Assembly (NCBI GenBank): GCA_964563355.1
Contig: CAZLVU010000005.1
Span: 14,032-78,031, forward strand
DNA length: 64,000 bases
Source of the DNA: an uncultured Candidatus Poseidoniales archaeon
GTDB taxonomy: Archaea > Thermoplasmatota > Poseidoniia > Poseidoniales > Thalassarchaeaceae
Reading direction: 5' to 3'
A model generated the notes under the pieces. It had not been told where the DNA came from, did not search any database, and was given only the letters and a program-made list of their open reading frames with translations. Shown here one piece after another: positions 18,515 through 28,498 of this stretch (its first letter is position 1; every line of letters begins with the position of its first letter). Position numbers and translations under genes: made by a program.

Positions 18515-19588
18515 GTGGTTGCATCTACAGAGGCACTGCTAAACTCACTTCTGATTCTACTATCCCCGGTGTTTTTGGCATTACCTGTATCGTTCGCTTG
18601 GAGGTGGTGGGTTGGGATTGAGCCAGAGCAAGAGCACTATCGAGAGAAGGTAAGACGGGTTCTAGATTCAGGTCTCCCCCTAATCAAATATCGATCTGAA
18701 TTAGATGCCGAAGCCAGGAAGATTCACTTATTGTCTGACAGGCAAGCAAGAATTGAGTCCGATCTACTTCATCCCCTGAGACTACAACATTTCCTACTCT
18801 TTCCCAGCCTGATATTATGGCCATTAGTTGGAATTTTCGCAGCCATCATTACCCTCCCTATGATGCCATTTCTGAGATTAGTTGAGTGGGTAATGATCGA
18901 TAAGCGCATCCTTTCGTTAGTGGCGCGTACCATACAGAGATACACTCGCTGGGAGGTCATCGGCATCCCAAGGCTGGATCATGGTGCTAAAGAACTGGAC
19001 AAGGTATTAGCATCAATCCATCGAATGCCGATAACCGTGTTCCTGGGATTATTTGCATATCTTATCGTTTCATACATGCCATTGAGTTCCTTCCACGTGC
19101 TACTAGTTAGTGCTGCTGTTTACATTATTCTGGTTTCTGCTATTTCTGTAATCAGAGCCGCAACAGAAAGCGCTTTGGTGTTCGCCGACCCTACGCATAG
19201 GAGAATTACCCCCATGGATTCATTTGTAGAAGACGCTCTAGGCCCGTGGGTTGGGGTAGGGTTACTTTTCCTCCTATCGCGCCAATTGATGTACGGTTCA
19301 AGCATTAGGACTGGCGAACTATTACAGGACCCGGTTGCATTCTCCATTAGCGTACTATTGGTACTCTATACTGCAACCATAATCGGTATCACTGTCGAGT
19401 TGGTCTTCTTCAGGAATAGGGGGGATTACGTTAGAACAACATTCCAGAATCAGATGGTAAGTGAGTTTGATCCAATGGTATACCTGTTCACTCGTAACAT
19501 GGGCTCACTGAGAATTTCACCACTTATGCCCATGTCTGAATGGGTAGATGCGGAAGAGGGGATACACGTTTCAATCATGGATGATTGA
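18515..19588 (+). CDS. Hypothetical polytopic membrane protein
   Basis: 357-aa ORF with at least 6 hydrophobic helices. No family recognised. Confidence 0.5.
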   Translation: MVASTEALLNSLLILLSPVFLALPVSFAWRWWVGIEPEQEHYREKVRRVLDSGLPLIKYRSELDAEARKIHLLSDRQARIESDLLHPLRLQHFLLFPSLILWPLVGIFAAIITLPMMPFLRLVEWVMIDKRILSLVARTIQRYTRWEVIGIPRLDHGAKELDKVLASIHRMPITVFLGLFAYLIVSYMPLSSFHVLLVSAAVYIILVSAISVIRAATESALVFADPTHRRITPMDSFVEDALGPWVGVGLLFLLSRQLMYGSSIRTGELLQDPVAFSISVLLVLYTATIIGITVELVFFRNRGDYVRTTFQNQMVSEFDPMVYLFTRNMGSLRISPLMPMSEWVDAEEGIHVSIMDD

Positions 19589-20477
19589 TTGGCTCAAGCG
19601 TAGCTTGCATTCCTTCTATGGAAATCATTGCTAATTCGATTGCTCTAATCGGCACTAGTGCAAATGCCATTGACTCTGTGCCCGTATTGCAGCAGGAAGT
19701 AATCCTAATTGTTCCGATATCTTCGGATGCTTTCTTGCCGCATTCGAAATTTCCTACTGAACGCAACACCACTAATTTTTTCGATGCCTTTCCGCGACTA
19801 TCCAATCTCGCATGAATCTCTTGGCCGGGATAGCACCCTTTACTGAGTACAACATACTCATCAAGGCCAACTTCTGATGGAAGATTACCACAAATGTCAT
19901 CGATCTCAAGTATGCCCAAACTCATCCTTAATGGCTGCCAAGCATCCTCTTGTATACGGGAGCATCCATTGAAATCAAGTGCCTCGATGAAATGTTCAAC
20001 CTCTCCTTTTGGGATGATCACCTCAACTACGTCAGAGCTCGTTGCTGTGAGCAAAGCGTTACCGAATTCCGTCCAATTTGATTTATTGAGCTCCTCGTAT
20101 TCAATACCCAATCCGACGAGTACCCTGCCGATGTTCTGCCCAACAATGGTCAAATGGGATATCGCTTCATCGGCGTAGGTAACCGTCACCTCCTCGTCCC
20201 AAGCAATGCCATTGAGAAGAATCTGCCTGGTTTGGTCATTTGATCCATCGTAACCAACAATAATCATCCGGCCTTCAATAGCAGCCAAGAGTAGTTTGTC
20301 CAATACGCGGCCATTTGAATTGCACAGCAATGATTCGCGCCTCTCCAGATGGGTCATATCGGATATTACTGATGTTAGACAGCGTTCTAGATTATTCAAT
20401 GAATCTGCTCCATCCAGCACCGTGATGGGGGATTTCCTGACGAACACCTGTGCATTTGGATGAAGGATTTTGTTCAA
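19575..20477 (-). CDS. ygfZ: YgfZ/CAF17-family folate-binding protein (GcvT-like fold)
   Basis: Signature SKGCYPGQEIHARL (family motif KGCYxGQE) near the C-terminal third. About 300 aa, as in the family. Confidence 0.65.
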   Translation of the reverse strand: MNKILHPNAQVFVRKSPITVLDGADSLNNLERCLTSVISDMTHLERRESLLCNSNGRVLDKLLLAAIEGRMIIVGYDGSNDQTRQILLNGIAWDEEVTVTYADEAISHLTIVGQNIGRVLVGLGIEYEELNKSNWTEFGNALLTATSSDVVEVIIPKGEVEHFIEALDFNGCSRIQEDAWQPLRMSLGILEIDDICGNLPSEVGLDEYVVLSKGCYPGQEIHARLDSRGKASKKLVVLRSVGNFECGKKASEDIGTIRITSCCNTGTESMAFALVPIRAIELAMISIEGMQATLEPINHP

Positions 20478-20486
20478 TTGAAACCC

Positions 20487-20873
20487 TCAGCCAAATGACT
20501 GGCCACACCCACACGTCCTGTCAGCATTGGGATTAATTATCTGAAATCCCCCTCCCATCAACGTATCTTTGAAATCGACTGTGATCCCAGTCAATAGAAG
20601 ACTGTCTTTCTTATGTACTAGCACGGAAATACCATCGATTTCAAGTCTTTGGAAATCATCGTTTTCGGGATCCTCGATGATTTTCATGTCGTATAAGTAT
20701 CCGGAACAACCACCTGATTGTGCGCTGATGACTAGGACATGAGATCCCTCGTCACCACTCATGGCATCATTGATTGCTTTCTTTGCGGTTTCAGTGAAAT
20801 CGATGTGCGCATCGACGACCTCAACTTCTGCCACGACTGGTAGGGAAAATCCCTCACCACCCAGTATACCCAT
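20487..20873 (-). CDS. iscA: Iron-sulfur cluster insertion protein, IscA/HesB (A-type carrier)
   Basis: GGCSGYLYDM and the C-terminal NPNADRTCGCGQSFG three-Cys signature. Confidence 0.85.
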   Translation of the reverse strand: MGILGGEGFSLPVVAEVEVVDAHIDFTETAKKAINDAMSGDEGSHVLVISAQSGGCSGYLYDMKIIEDPENDDFQRLEIDGISVLVHKKDSLLLTGITVDFKDTLMGGGFQIINPNADRTCGCGQSFG

Positions 20874-20956
20874 GTCGGTCTGTTGTAAGGGATGTATTTC
20901 AACAGTTGCTGTGAGTCGCCATCACTGCTATCAATCAAACACTCTCCCTTCAAACC

Positions 20957-21766
20957 GTGGAAGGAAGCCATGAACGTGATTCTGCTAGAATAAATGGTTC
21001 TGGAATTGAACGTGTTCCAGACTCTATTGTCATCGAGAGAGCACTGGAGATTTCTGTAAAAACTGATGACTCTGTTAGTTATTCGTTAGGAGTGACCATG
21101 CGAACCCCGGGATCCGACACAGAGCTGGTACTGGGATTTCTCCTATCTGAGGGGATAATTCAGAATATTCACGATGTCAAGGGATTATCTGTTGGGGAGG
21201 ACATAGGAGTTGTTTCTCTTGCACAGTCATCTACGTTCGATCCTGATGTTCATTCAAGAAGGTCTACCATCAGCTCGTCTTGTGGTGTTTGTGGCAGGAT
21301 CTCAGTGGATGGTATGTTGAACAACCCCGACTCAGTAATTTGTGATGATGTGAAAATAAACTTAGAAATCATAAATTCCTGTATCATATCGATGAAGCAG
21401 CATCAGACATTGTTCAAATTCACCGGGGGATCTCATGCGACTGCCAGTTTTACACCAGAAGGAGATTTGGAAAGGATCTACGAGGATATTGGCAGGCATA
21501 ACTCGATGGACAAATTGGTTGGTTCATATCTGAGCGATTGTAATTTGCCAATCACAGACAGGATAGTCGTGGTTTCCGGCAGGGCATCATTTGACTTGGT
21601 ACAAAAGGCGTTAGTTGCCGGATTTCCCATAATGGTATCAATCGGTGCCCCCAGTACTATGGCTATTGATATGGCCAATGAGCATGGATTGACGTTAGCG
21701 TGCTTCGCCAAATCTAGTTCGATTTCAGTTTTCAGCGGCACTAGCCGTATCAAATATAGGCAATAG
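20957..21766 (+). CDS. fdhD: Formate dehydrogenase accessory sulfurtransferase FdhD
   Basis: SSCGVCG active-site loop and DIGRHNSMDKLVG motif. Lies directly upstream of a molybdopterin oxidoreductase. Confidence 0.8.
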   Translation: MEGSHERDSARINGSGIERVPDSIVIERALEISVKTDDSVSYSLGVTMRTPGSDTELVLGFLLSEGIIQNIHDVKGLSVGEDIGVVSLAQSSTFDPDVHSRRSTISSSCGVCGRISVDGMLNNPDSVICDDVKINLEIINSCIISMKQHQTLFKFTGGSHATASFTPEGDLERIYEDIGRHNSMDKLVGSYLSDCNLPITDRIVVVSGRASFDLVQKALVAGFPIMVSIGAPSTMAIDMANEHGLTLACFAKSSSISVFSGTSRIKYRQ

Positions 21767-21796
21767 AAAGATGAACTCATACACCCACGCAAAGTC

Positions 21797-24121
21797 ATGG
21801 GTAGAGATGTAATCGCGACGACTCCCCTGGAATCTTTTCCCCCACACAAGACATCGGCTAAGACAGTTGCAGCAGGGATTCCCGCTGTAATATCGACAGC
21901 TATGCATGGATTCACCAATATGGGACCATTGAACAGTGTGGTAACGCTAAACCGGCTGAATAAATTCAATGGATTCGACTGTCCCGGTTGTGCATGGCCG
22001 GACCCCGATGGCCATAGGACCATTGCAGAATTTTGTGAAAATGGTGCTAAAGCCGTTGCTGACGAGGCCACGAGAAAAAGAGCGGATGTAGAATTTTGGT
22101 CTAACCACAGCGTTTCAGCACTATCAAGAAAGTCTGATCGTTGGCTAAACTCTCAAGGTAGGCTAACAGAACCCCTGATTCTTCGCCCCGGAAGCAATTT
22201 CTATCAAAAGATTGGGTGGCATGAAGCATTCGAAATAATCGCGGAAGAGCTAGCTTCACTAAAGGACCCGGACCAAGCGATATTCTATACCTCTGGAAGA
22301 ACTAGCAATGAAGCGGCTTTTCTCTGGCAGCTATTTGCCAGGAGGTTCGGTACCAACAATCTTCCTGATTGCTCAAACATGTGCCACGAATCATCAGGAG
22401 TCGCCTTGACTGATGCAATTGGTATCGGAAAGGGCACAGTCAAACTGGATGATTTTACCAAATCAGACCTAATATTGGTAGTTGGGCAGAATCCTGGTAC
22501 AAATCACCCAAGGATGTTGACATCCCTCAGAGATGCTAAGAAATCGGGTGCATCAATTATTAGCATAAATCCACTCAAAGAAACGGGGATGGGCAGGTTC
22601 AAACACCCTCAAAATCCCTTGGAGATTATAGGAAAAGGCACTCGAATCGCTGATGCCCATATCCCACTAAAGGTAAACGGTGATCAGGCCTTATTCAGGG
22701 GATTTGCTAAGGTCATGATTGAATCAAACTCTGTCGATAATGAATTTATTTCTGCGTTTACTCATGGTTTTGACGAATATCACCAATCTGTAATCAATAC
22801 TTCGTGGAATGATATTGTAAGGATGTCTGGTGTAGACCGGCCAACCATAGAAAAGATAGGTAAGTTCATTTCTAAATCAAAGGCAATGATTACTTGTTGG
22901 GCGATGGGCCTGACACAGCACAAAAATTCGGTACAGACCATCCAGGAAATTGCAAATTTGTCCCTTTTAGGCGGCCACATTGGTAAGCCCGGTGCGGGCT
23001 TATGCCCAGTTAGAGGTCATTCGAACGTTCAAGGCGATCGTACCGTCGGAATCAACCACAAACCGTCCAAAATATTCTTAGATAAACTGTCTGCAGTTAC
23101 TGGAATTATCGCACCTTCTAAACATGGTGTTGATTCTGTGGGAGCTGTTAGGAAGATGGCCTCCGGAAAATCTAGTGTTTTCCTATCTATGGGCGGCAAT
23201 TTCATTTCTGCAATGTCTGATACTAAAACTACTGCGGCAGCGCTAATGGAATGCTCACTTACGGTACAAGTATCGACTAAACCCAACAGGTCCCACCTCA
23301 TAACTGGTGAAACTGCGATCATTCTACCATGCTTGGGAAGAACTGAGGTGGACAGAACGGGTTCAGGGAATCAATTAGTAACTGTTGAAAATTCTATGGG
23401 AGTAGTACACTCTTCAATTGGAAGATCCAAACCGGCCAGCAGTAACCTCAGGTCAGAACCAGCAATAATTTCTGGAATCGCCAGGGCATTTGAGTCCAGA
23501 TTGTTGAAATTGGGAAATCCTGACACTCAGGAACAATGGAGGAGATATTTTACAATTGACTGGAAAGGATTGGCAACTGATTATGATCGTGTTCGTTACC
23601 TAATCGAGCAAACAATCCCCGGTTTTGAAAATTATAACGTTAGGTGTAGGGCTAATGGTGGCTTCTACCTGCCCAACCCAGTAAGAGACTCACTGATTTT
23701 CGATACCGATACCGGCAGGGCAAATTTCAGAACACACAAATTGTCCTCTATACATAGTGACGAAGGAATGTTTGTCATGATGACTATACGATCACATGAT
23801 CAGTACAATACCACAATATACGGGACAAATGATCGATATAGGGGCATAAACCATGGACGTAGGATTGTATTTGTCAGTCAATCCGACATGGATAAATATG
23901 ACTGGAATATTTACGACCTGGTAGACATTACTTCACATTTCGAAGATATGGAAATGCGCTCTCAAAATTGGTTTGTGGTACCATATGACATTCCGGTTGG
24001 TAACGTAGCAACCTACTTCCCCGAGGGCAATGAACTGATTCCCCTCAACAGTGTATCAGACACGAGCAACACGCCAACCAGCAAATCTGTGTTGGTATCC
24101 ATTGAGTCCTCTACACCTTAG
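21797..24121 (+). CDS. Molybdopterin oxidoreductase, formate-dehydrogenase-alpha-related (YdeP-like)
   Basis: N-terminal Cys motif FDCPGCAWPDP...EFCENGAKAVADE. The SNMCHESS Mo-ligand region is typical of the YdeP/Fdh-like clade. 774 aa with no in-frame stop. Confidence 0.8.
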   Translation: MGRDVIATTPLESFPPHKTSAKTVAAGIPAVISTAMHGFTNMGPLNSVVTLNRLNKFNGFDCPGCAWPDPDGHRTIAEFCENGAKAVADEATRKRADVEFWSNHSVSALSRKSDRWLNSQGRLTEPLILRPGSNFYQKIGWHEAFEIIAEELASLKDPDQAIFYTSGRTSNEAAFLWQLFARRFGTNNLPDCSNMCHESSGVALTDAIGIGKGTVKLDDFTKSDLILVVGQNPGTNHPRMLTSLRDAKKSGASIISINPLKETGMGRFKHPQNPLEIIGKGTRIADAHIPLKVNGDQALFRGFAKVMIESNSVDNEFISAFTHGFDEYHQSVINTSWNDIVRMSGVDRPTIEKIGKFISKSKAMITCWAMGLTQHKNSVQTIQEIANLSLLGGHIGKPGAGLCPVRGHSNVQGDRTVGINHKPSKIFLDKLSAVTGIIAPSKHGVDSVGAVRKMASGKSSVFLSMGGNFISAMSDTKTTAAALMECSLTVQVSTKPNRSHLITGETAIILPCLGRTEVDRTGSGNQLVTVENSMGVVHSSIGRSKPASSNLRSEPAIISGIARAFESRLLKLGNPDTQEQWRRYFTIDWKGLATDYDRVRYLIEQTIPGFENYNVRCRANGGFYLPNPVRDSLIFDTDTGRANFRTHKLSSIHSDEGMFVMMTIRSHDQYNTTIYGTNDRYRGINHGRRIVFVSQSDMDKYDWNIYDLVDITSHFEDMEMRSQNWFVVPYDIPVGNVATYFPEGNELIPLNSVSDTSNTPTSKSVLVSIESSTP

Positions 24122-25355
24122 ATCTGGATTGTCGTTTTTCTTGCTCTCTGGATAGGAGGCGGCATCGGTTCAGTTGAATTCCACACAGACCAACATGATC
24201 CTTGTCCAATCCCAATTGAAGTGCCTGAGAAAAACACTTGACTGCGTCCTCATAAAGTTCTACTGCAGCATATGAAGAGCCCATATTGAATAGGGTCCTT
24301 CCGGTAATGCTATCTGGATCCATGGAAATTGCTGCATGGTATGCAATAACGCTATCAGTGTACCTAGATGATCTGTATAGTGCGTTACCGCGACCGACTT
24401 GAGCCTTGACGCGAAGCTCTATTTCTTCGCGTGGACAACCACCAATCGCCTTTTCGAAACAAGTCAAAGCCTCAACTGGGTTTTCTTCGTTCAATAGGGT
24501 CAACCCCATGTTATACCATTCTATAGATTCGTTGAGTCCACCGTGCCTATTGTTTGGCGGTTCAACGGATTGAGATGCCTGTGCTTCAGCGGCAGCGATA
24601 AATGATGCATCATCGCTTACAGGTAAATTTTCACTTGGTTGTGCGAGGTTGTTGTGTGAGTCTTCAAGATTTTCTGCCCTCAGACGGCACTGCTCTGCAC
24701 GATCTTGGTGTCCAGCTGACAGCAGAGCTTGGGAAAGCCCCCTCCAAACCTCAGGAGATTTTGGCGATCCCTCCAATAAGGACTTCCACAATGCTACAGC
24801 AGAACCATGCCTACCCTCACTACTCAATGTCTCAGCTTGAATCATGCGTTCATCGATGGAACTAGATTCCTGAGGCTCGATTGGAAATGACTCAACAAAT
24901 ATTTTACTATCGTCAGATTTTTCTACAGTCAGTGATGAAATTTCGATTAATTGTTCGTTTTCCGGATATTCTACCAAAGCAGCCTTAGCATATTCAGAGG
25001 CTTGTGTAGGGCTGCGAGTTCTCAGAAGGAAAGCCAAATTTGCTAGTGTGGGGCCATAGTTTGGATATATCTGATCAGAAGATGTGAATGATTCGATTGC
25101 ATCAGCGTCCAGTCCCATCTTTTGTTGGAGGACTCCCAAGCAGTACCATGCATTGGAATTTTGTGGGTCATCTGAAACAATCTGTTGGTATAGCTCAATG
25201 GCGTTTGAATATTCACCGTTATCGGCTAACAATCCGGCCCTTTCCAAAATATTTGGTTGCGGAGGCCTATCCATGAATGAACGGCGAAAAGTGTCATGGA
25301 TAAGCATTGGCAGCATTTGTTGAAAGGTACTATTGAAGGGCGAAGCCTCTTCCAA
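24111..25355 (-). CDS. TPR-repeat protein
   Basis: Repeated 34-residue A/Y/G patterns, for example NAWYCLGVLQQKMGLDADAIESFTSS, EVWRGLSQALLSAGHQDRAEQ and YNMGLTLLNEENPVEALTCFEKAI. Confidence 0.7.
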   Translation of the reverse strand: MEEASPFNSTFQQMLPMLIHDTFRRSFMDRPPQPNILERAGLLADNGEYSNAIELYQQIVSDDPQNSNAWYCLGVLQQKMGLDADAIESFTSSDQIYPNYGPTLANLAFLLRTRSPTQASEYAKAALVEYPENEQLIEISSLTVEKSDDSKIFVESFPIEPQESSSIDERMIQAETLSSEGRHGSAVALWKSLLEGSPKSPEVWRGLSQALLSAGHQDRAEQCRLRAENLEDSHNNLAQPSENLPVSDDASFIAAAEAQASQSVEPPNNRHGGLNESIEWYNMGLTLLNEENPVEALTCFEKAIGGCPREEIELRVKAQVGRGNALYRSSRYTDSVIAYHAAISMDPDSITGRTLFNMGSSYAAVELYEDAVKCFSQALQLGLDKDHVGLCGIQLNRCRLLSREQEKRQSRSKV

Positions 25356-25360
25356 GCACT

Positions 25361-25906
25361 ATGGCCGACCCCGTTGTGATAATGGGCATATGCGGATCAT
25401 ATGATCTCAATTCCGCCAATGGTAGACTTTTGGATATAGTCCTCGAACACTGCAAATCACTAGGAGCTATAACGTGCATGTGGAACAACGGAGAACATCC
25501 ACTGCCCCTTGTGGGCGAAGAAGGATGTTGGTCACACCCAAATGTAGATGATTACAAAATCATGGCAGATTCGGCCGACGCCTTTGTCCTTTCTAGCCCG
25601 GAATATCACGGTACTATGAGTGGCGTAATGAAGAACAACCTCGACTGGCTTTCCTCAAAACAAACATCTGGAAAAGTTTTCGGGTTAATGAGCACCCTTG
25701 GGGGGCAATCTAGTAACAACACTCTCAACCATATGCGCATTGCTGCTAGGTGGATACATGGGTGGGTCGTTCCCGAACAAGTCGCCGTTGCCAACATCAA
25801 GCATGCATTTGACGATGAGGGGAACATTCTCGATGAAGTCGTTGGAGAGAGAGTTACTGCACTCGCAGAGTCGCTCGTACTTAATACTGCTAAACTTAGG
25901 CGGTAA
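25361..25906 (+). CDS. NADPH-dependent FMN reductase family protein
   Basis: ICGSYDLNSANGRLL and SSPEYHGTMSGVMKNNLDWL match the family signature. Confidence 0.7.
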   Translation: MADPVVIMGICGSYDLNSANGRLLDIVLEHCKSLGAITCMWNNGEHPLPLVGEEGCWSHPNVDDYKIMADSADAFVLSSPEYHGTMSGVMKNNLDWLSSKQTSGKVFGLMSTLGGQSSNNTLNHMRIAARWIHGWVVPEQVAVANIKHAFDDEGNILDEVVGERVTALAESLVLNTAKLRR

Positions 25907-25908
25907 CT

Positions 25909-26088
25909 GTGGCCTCTGGATCTCTACCAAATGGAAGTGAAATCCTCCTATTCTCCATGGCATTTTTTGGTGTAGCAACATGGTGGGCAAATAATTTCAC
26001 TGAAAGGCGTCACTGGACCATAATTTGCGCCCTGGGTGGAATTATTTCCGCTTCATGCCTATTATTTGTGGTCTTCGGGGGTACCTGA
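25909..26088 (+). CDS. Small hydrophobic protein (59 aa from GTG, or 43 aa from ATG 25957); two predicted TM helices
   Basis: Not in the ORF track because it falls below the 60-aa cut-off. It starts 2 nt after the FMN-reductase stop and ends in a TGATG overlap with the next gene. Sequence: ILLFSMAFFGVATWWANNF...IICALGGIISASCLLFVVFGG. Confidence 0.35.
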   Translation: MASGSLPNGSEILLFSMAFFGVATWWANNFTERRHWTIICALGGIISASCLLFVVFGGT

Positions 26089-26474
26089 TGATAGCGGATT
26101 GCTTGCCCACTAGAGTTCCTGTGGATTGGATAATTTGCCCAGATGGGTTAGTCATTATTAGTCATCTGAAAGAAATGGGCCGCATTGAAAGGATGATTTC
26201 GAACATTACTAACGCACCGAAGAGTATCAATAGGAAGCTGGACACCATGAACTCAGCCCTATGGACTCTTATGGATGGACAAAATTCACTACGAAGCATC
26301 ATCATGAAAATGGACGATCGTTTCGCCGAAGAAATTTCACCCGTTTCAGAGAGAGTGTGTAAGTCAATATCTGATTTCGTTGAGCTTGGATACGTTTCAT
26401 TATTGGATAAGTCAGATGATTTGACATGGGATGTAGGGCCCACTATTGGTTCCCAACAACCACAGCACCCCTGA
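26088..26474 (+). CDS. PqqD-family (RiPP-recognition-element-like) protein
   Basis: LDTMNSALWTLMDGQNSLRSIIMKMDDRFAEEISPVSERVCKSISDFVELGYVSL fits the PqqD/RRE winged-helix pattern. The ATG 26088 start is chosen because of the TGATG coupling; the track start is 26025. Confidence 0.55.
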   Translation: MIADCLPTRVPVDWIICPDGLVIISHLKEMGRIERMISNITNAPKSINRKLDTMNSALWTLMDGQNSLRSIIMKMDDRFAEEISPVSERVCKSISDFVELGYVSLLDKSDDLTWDVGPTIGSQQPQHP

Positions 26475-27264
26475 TTTCTTCGTCTCTCCTTTCCCTATAC
26501 ACGGACGAATAGTATGCCATAAGAGGGATTACGAGTACGAGGAAAAAACACCCAACTAGTGTAGCAAAACTGTACACAGTCTCTTGAACTGGATCGAGGC
26601 TGAATTGTTCGATAGTATCGAATTCATGTGTGGTTACTACCCCGTTAACAAGAACTCCATCGCTGGATGCTAGCTCCCCATCTACTTGGATTGATATTCT
26701 CCATGTAATTGTTTTATTTTCAGATTCAATCATTGCCATAGCTTCCTCCGTAGCACCCCCAATATCTTCATTTTCGAGATACCCCTTTCCTTGAATTGGT
26801 AGCACCAGTGACACCCTCCCCCTCATTACACCCTCACCGCCAATCAATTCCATCGAATGTTCCCTCCTGATTGTACATGTCTCAATAATGCCGGAGTAAT
26901 CTGTTTCTGGTTCATTGCAGACATAATTGGATTCATGTAGTCCAAGACTAGGTGAATGAGACCAATTGGATTGAAACCCCTCAGCGGAGACTGTCAGCGT
27001 AGAATCTTCCAGTGGCGCACCAGAAACACTGACATTGATCCAGGTTAATGCAGCATCGGTTGTGTAATACCAACTAGCCCCTCCCTCCACATCTTGCTCT
27101 AGTTGCATTTCATGCGGTTGGTTACTTGTTGTATATCCATAATACTCAGACTCGACGGTGTTAGAATACACTGCATATGAAAGTATGACTATCAACATTA
27201 GACCGGTCCCAATCATGGTTCGGAGCATGTTTGGATTCTTTGAAAGTGATCGCTTCACGGCCAT
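26443..27264 (-). CDS. Hypothetical cell-surface protein anchored by N- and C-terminal TM helices
   Basis: N-terminal TM (IGTGLMLIVILSYAVY), a soluble domain of about 200 aa, then a C-terminal TM (FATLVGCFFLVLVIPLMAYY) with a basic tail. Confidence 0.5.
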   Translation of the reverse strand: MAVKRSLSKNPNMLRTMIGTGLMLIVILSYAVYSNTVESEYYGYTTSNQPHEMQLEQDVEGGASWYYTTDAALTWINVSVSGAPLEDSTLTVSAEGFQSNWSHSPSLGLHESNYVCNEPETDYSGIIETCTIRREHSMELIGGEGVMRGRVSLVLPIQGKGYLENEDIGGATEEAMAMIESENKTITWRISIQVDGELASSDGVLVNGVVTTHEFDTIEQFSLDPVQETVYSFATLVGCFFLVLVIPLMAYYSSVYRERRDEEIRGAVVVGNQ

Positions 27265-27385
27265 TGCACCCTAAGTAGATTATTCAATGCTTTTCGAGGA
27301 CGGTCTACGTTCCCATGCAATAAGAAAAATCGGGTCATCACGGTTAAATACGGTCTGTTGGACGGCCGACACGCAAGGTGATTGC

Positions 27386-27862
27386 TTGACAACGTACTAT
27401 GACGTTCCCGCTGATCAGTTAATTGAGGGGATTGCCGAGAGGCTACAGGCGTTCGAGTCTATAGCGCCCCCTGAATGGGCGGCGCACGTTAAAACCGGAA
27501 CGCACAGAGAAAGGCCACCTGTGCAGCTCAACTGGTGGCACACCAGATCTGCGGCTATGCTGAGAAAGGTAGCCATCAAGGGCCCCATCGGAGCTAATCG
27601 GATTGCTCAGGAGTATGGTGGGACAAAAGATCGCGGTGTCAAAAAGAACAAATCCGTTGCTGGATCCAGGAACATTTCTCGAAAAATCCTCCAACAGCTA
27701 ACAGAATCTGGTTTGATAATTAGCCTGATGAATACCGCTGGAACAGTTAATCTAGGGAAGGTAGTCAGCCCCTCGGGTCAGTCTCTATTAGACGATGTTG
27801 CACATTCCGTTAGAGATTCAGCTCTAGATCGCTATCCGGGTCTTGTTAAGGTACTAAGGTGA
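27386..27862 (+). CDS. rps19e: 30S ribosomal protein S19e
   Basis: [37 protein letters not shown]...[13 protein letters not shown]. The TTG at 27386 gives the family-typical length; the track ORF starts at 27287. Confidence 0.85.
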   Translation: MTTYYDVPADQLIEGIAERLQAFESIAPPEWAAHVKTGTHRERPPVQLNWWHTRSAAMLRKVAIKGPIGANRIAQEYGGTKDRGVKKNKSVAGSRNISRKILQQLTESGLIISLMNTAGTVNLGKVVSPSGQSLLDDVAHSVRDSALDRYPGLVKVLR

Positions 27863-27866
27863 AATA

Positions 27867-28022
27867 ATGGCACGAAACAAGCCCTTTGCCAAGAAGAAAC
27901 GGCTGAATAAGGTCACTAAACAGAATAAAAGAGTGCCAGTTTGGGTCGTAATGAGGACCAATAGAAAGGTCAACACACACCCCAAGCGTCACATGTGGCG
28001 ACGCTCGAAACTACAGAGGTGA
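27867..28022 (+). CDS. rpl39e: 50S ribosomal protein L39e
   Basis: 51-aa ORF missing from the track: [51 protein letters not shown]. Preceded by AAGGTGA. Confidence 0.85.
   Translation: MARNKPFAKKKRLNKVTKQNKRVPVWVVMRTNRKVNTHPKRHMWRRSKLQR
28016..28022 (+). promoter_or_regulatory. Shine-Dalgarno-like site for rpl31e
   Basis: GAGGTGA lies 4 nt before ATG 28027 and overlaps the rpl39e stop. Confidence 0.5.
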
Positions 28023-28026
28023 TTCA

Positions 28027-28290
28027 ATGGCTGAGGTAAAGGAGATCATAATACCCCTTAGGGCGGCGTGGAATGTTCCCCGTACCAACAGGGCCAAGAG
28101 GGCAATGGCAGAAGTAAAAATTCACGTCTCTAGGCATATGAAAAAGACTGAGGACGAGGATATTTGGATTGACGAATCTGTCAATCACGCAATTTGGTCC
28201 AGGGGGATGCAACACCCACCCAGGAAAATCAAAGTCATATGCACGCGCGAGGAAGGGTTTCCGCTCGAAGTTAAGTTATTGGAGGAATGA
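28027..28290 (+). CDS. rpl31e: 50S ribosomal protein L31e
   Basis: [32 protein letters not shown]...[23 protein letters not shown]. Confidence 0.9.
   Translation: MAEVKEIIIPLRAAWNVPRTNRAKRAMAEVKIHVSRHMKKTEDEDIWIDESVNHAIWSRGMQHPPRKIKVICTREEGFPLEVKLLEE
28281..28286 (+). promoter_or_regulatory. Shine-Dalgarno-like site for rps17e
   Basis: GGAGGA lies 5 nt before ATG 28292, inside the end of rpl31e. Confidence 0.5.
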
Positions 28291-28291
28291 A

Positions 28292-28483
28292 ATGGGCAAT
28301 ATCAGACCATCATTTATCAAAACTCGAGCTTTGAGGCTTGTTGAAATTTATCCCGATAAATTTACAGATGATTTTGAGTTGAATAAACAGCTCGTCGCTG
28401 AGTTCTCCGATGTAGATAACAAGCGCATGAGGAATTGGATTGCCGGATATATCACCAGATACACTCAACGACGTGTTGACTAG
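28292..28483 (+). CDS. rps17e: 30S ribosomal protein S17e
   Basis: [35 protein letters not shown]...[12 protein letters not shown]. The track ORF (28169) carries a spurious upstream extension across rpl31e. Confidence 0.9.
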   Translation: MGNIRPSFIKTRALRLVEIYPDKFTDDFELNKQLVAEFSDVDNKRMRNWIAGYITRYTQRRVD

Positions 28484-28498
28484 CGCATTCCTCATCAC

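Noticed and set aside
21797-24121. Selenocysteine (in-frame TGA) in the formate-dehydrogenase-like molybdoenzyme
   Set aside because: The ORF is uninterrupted over 774 aa, and the Mo-ligand position reads Cys (SNMCHESS).
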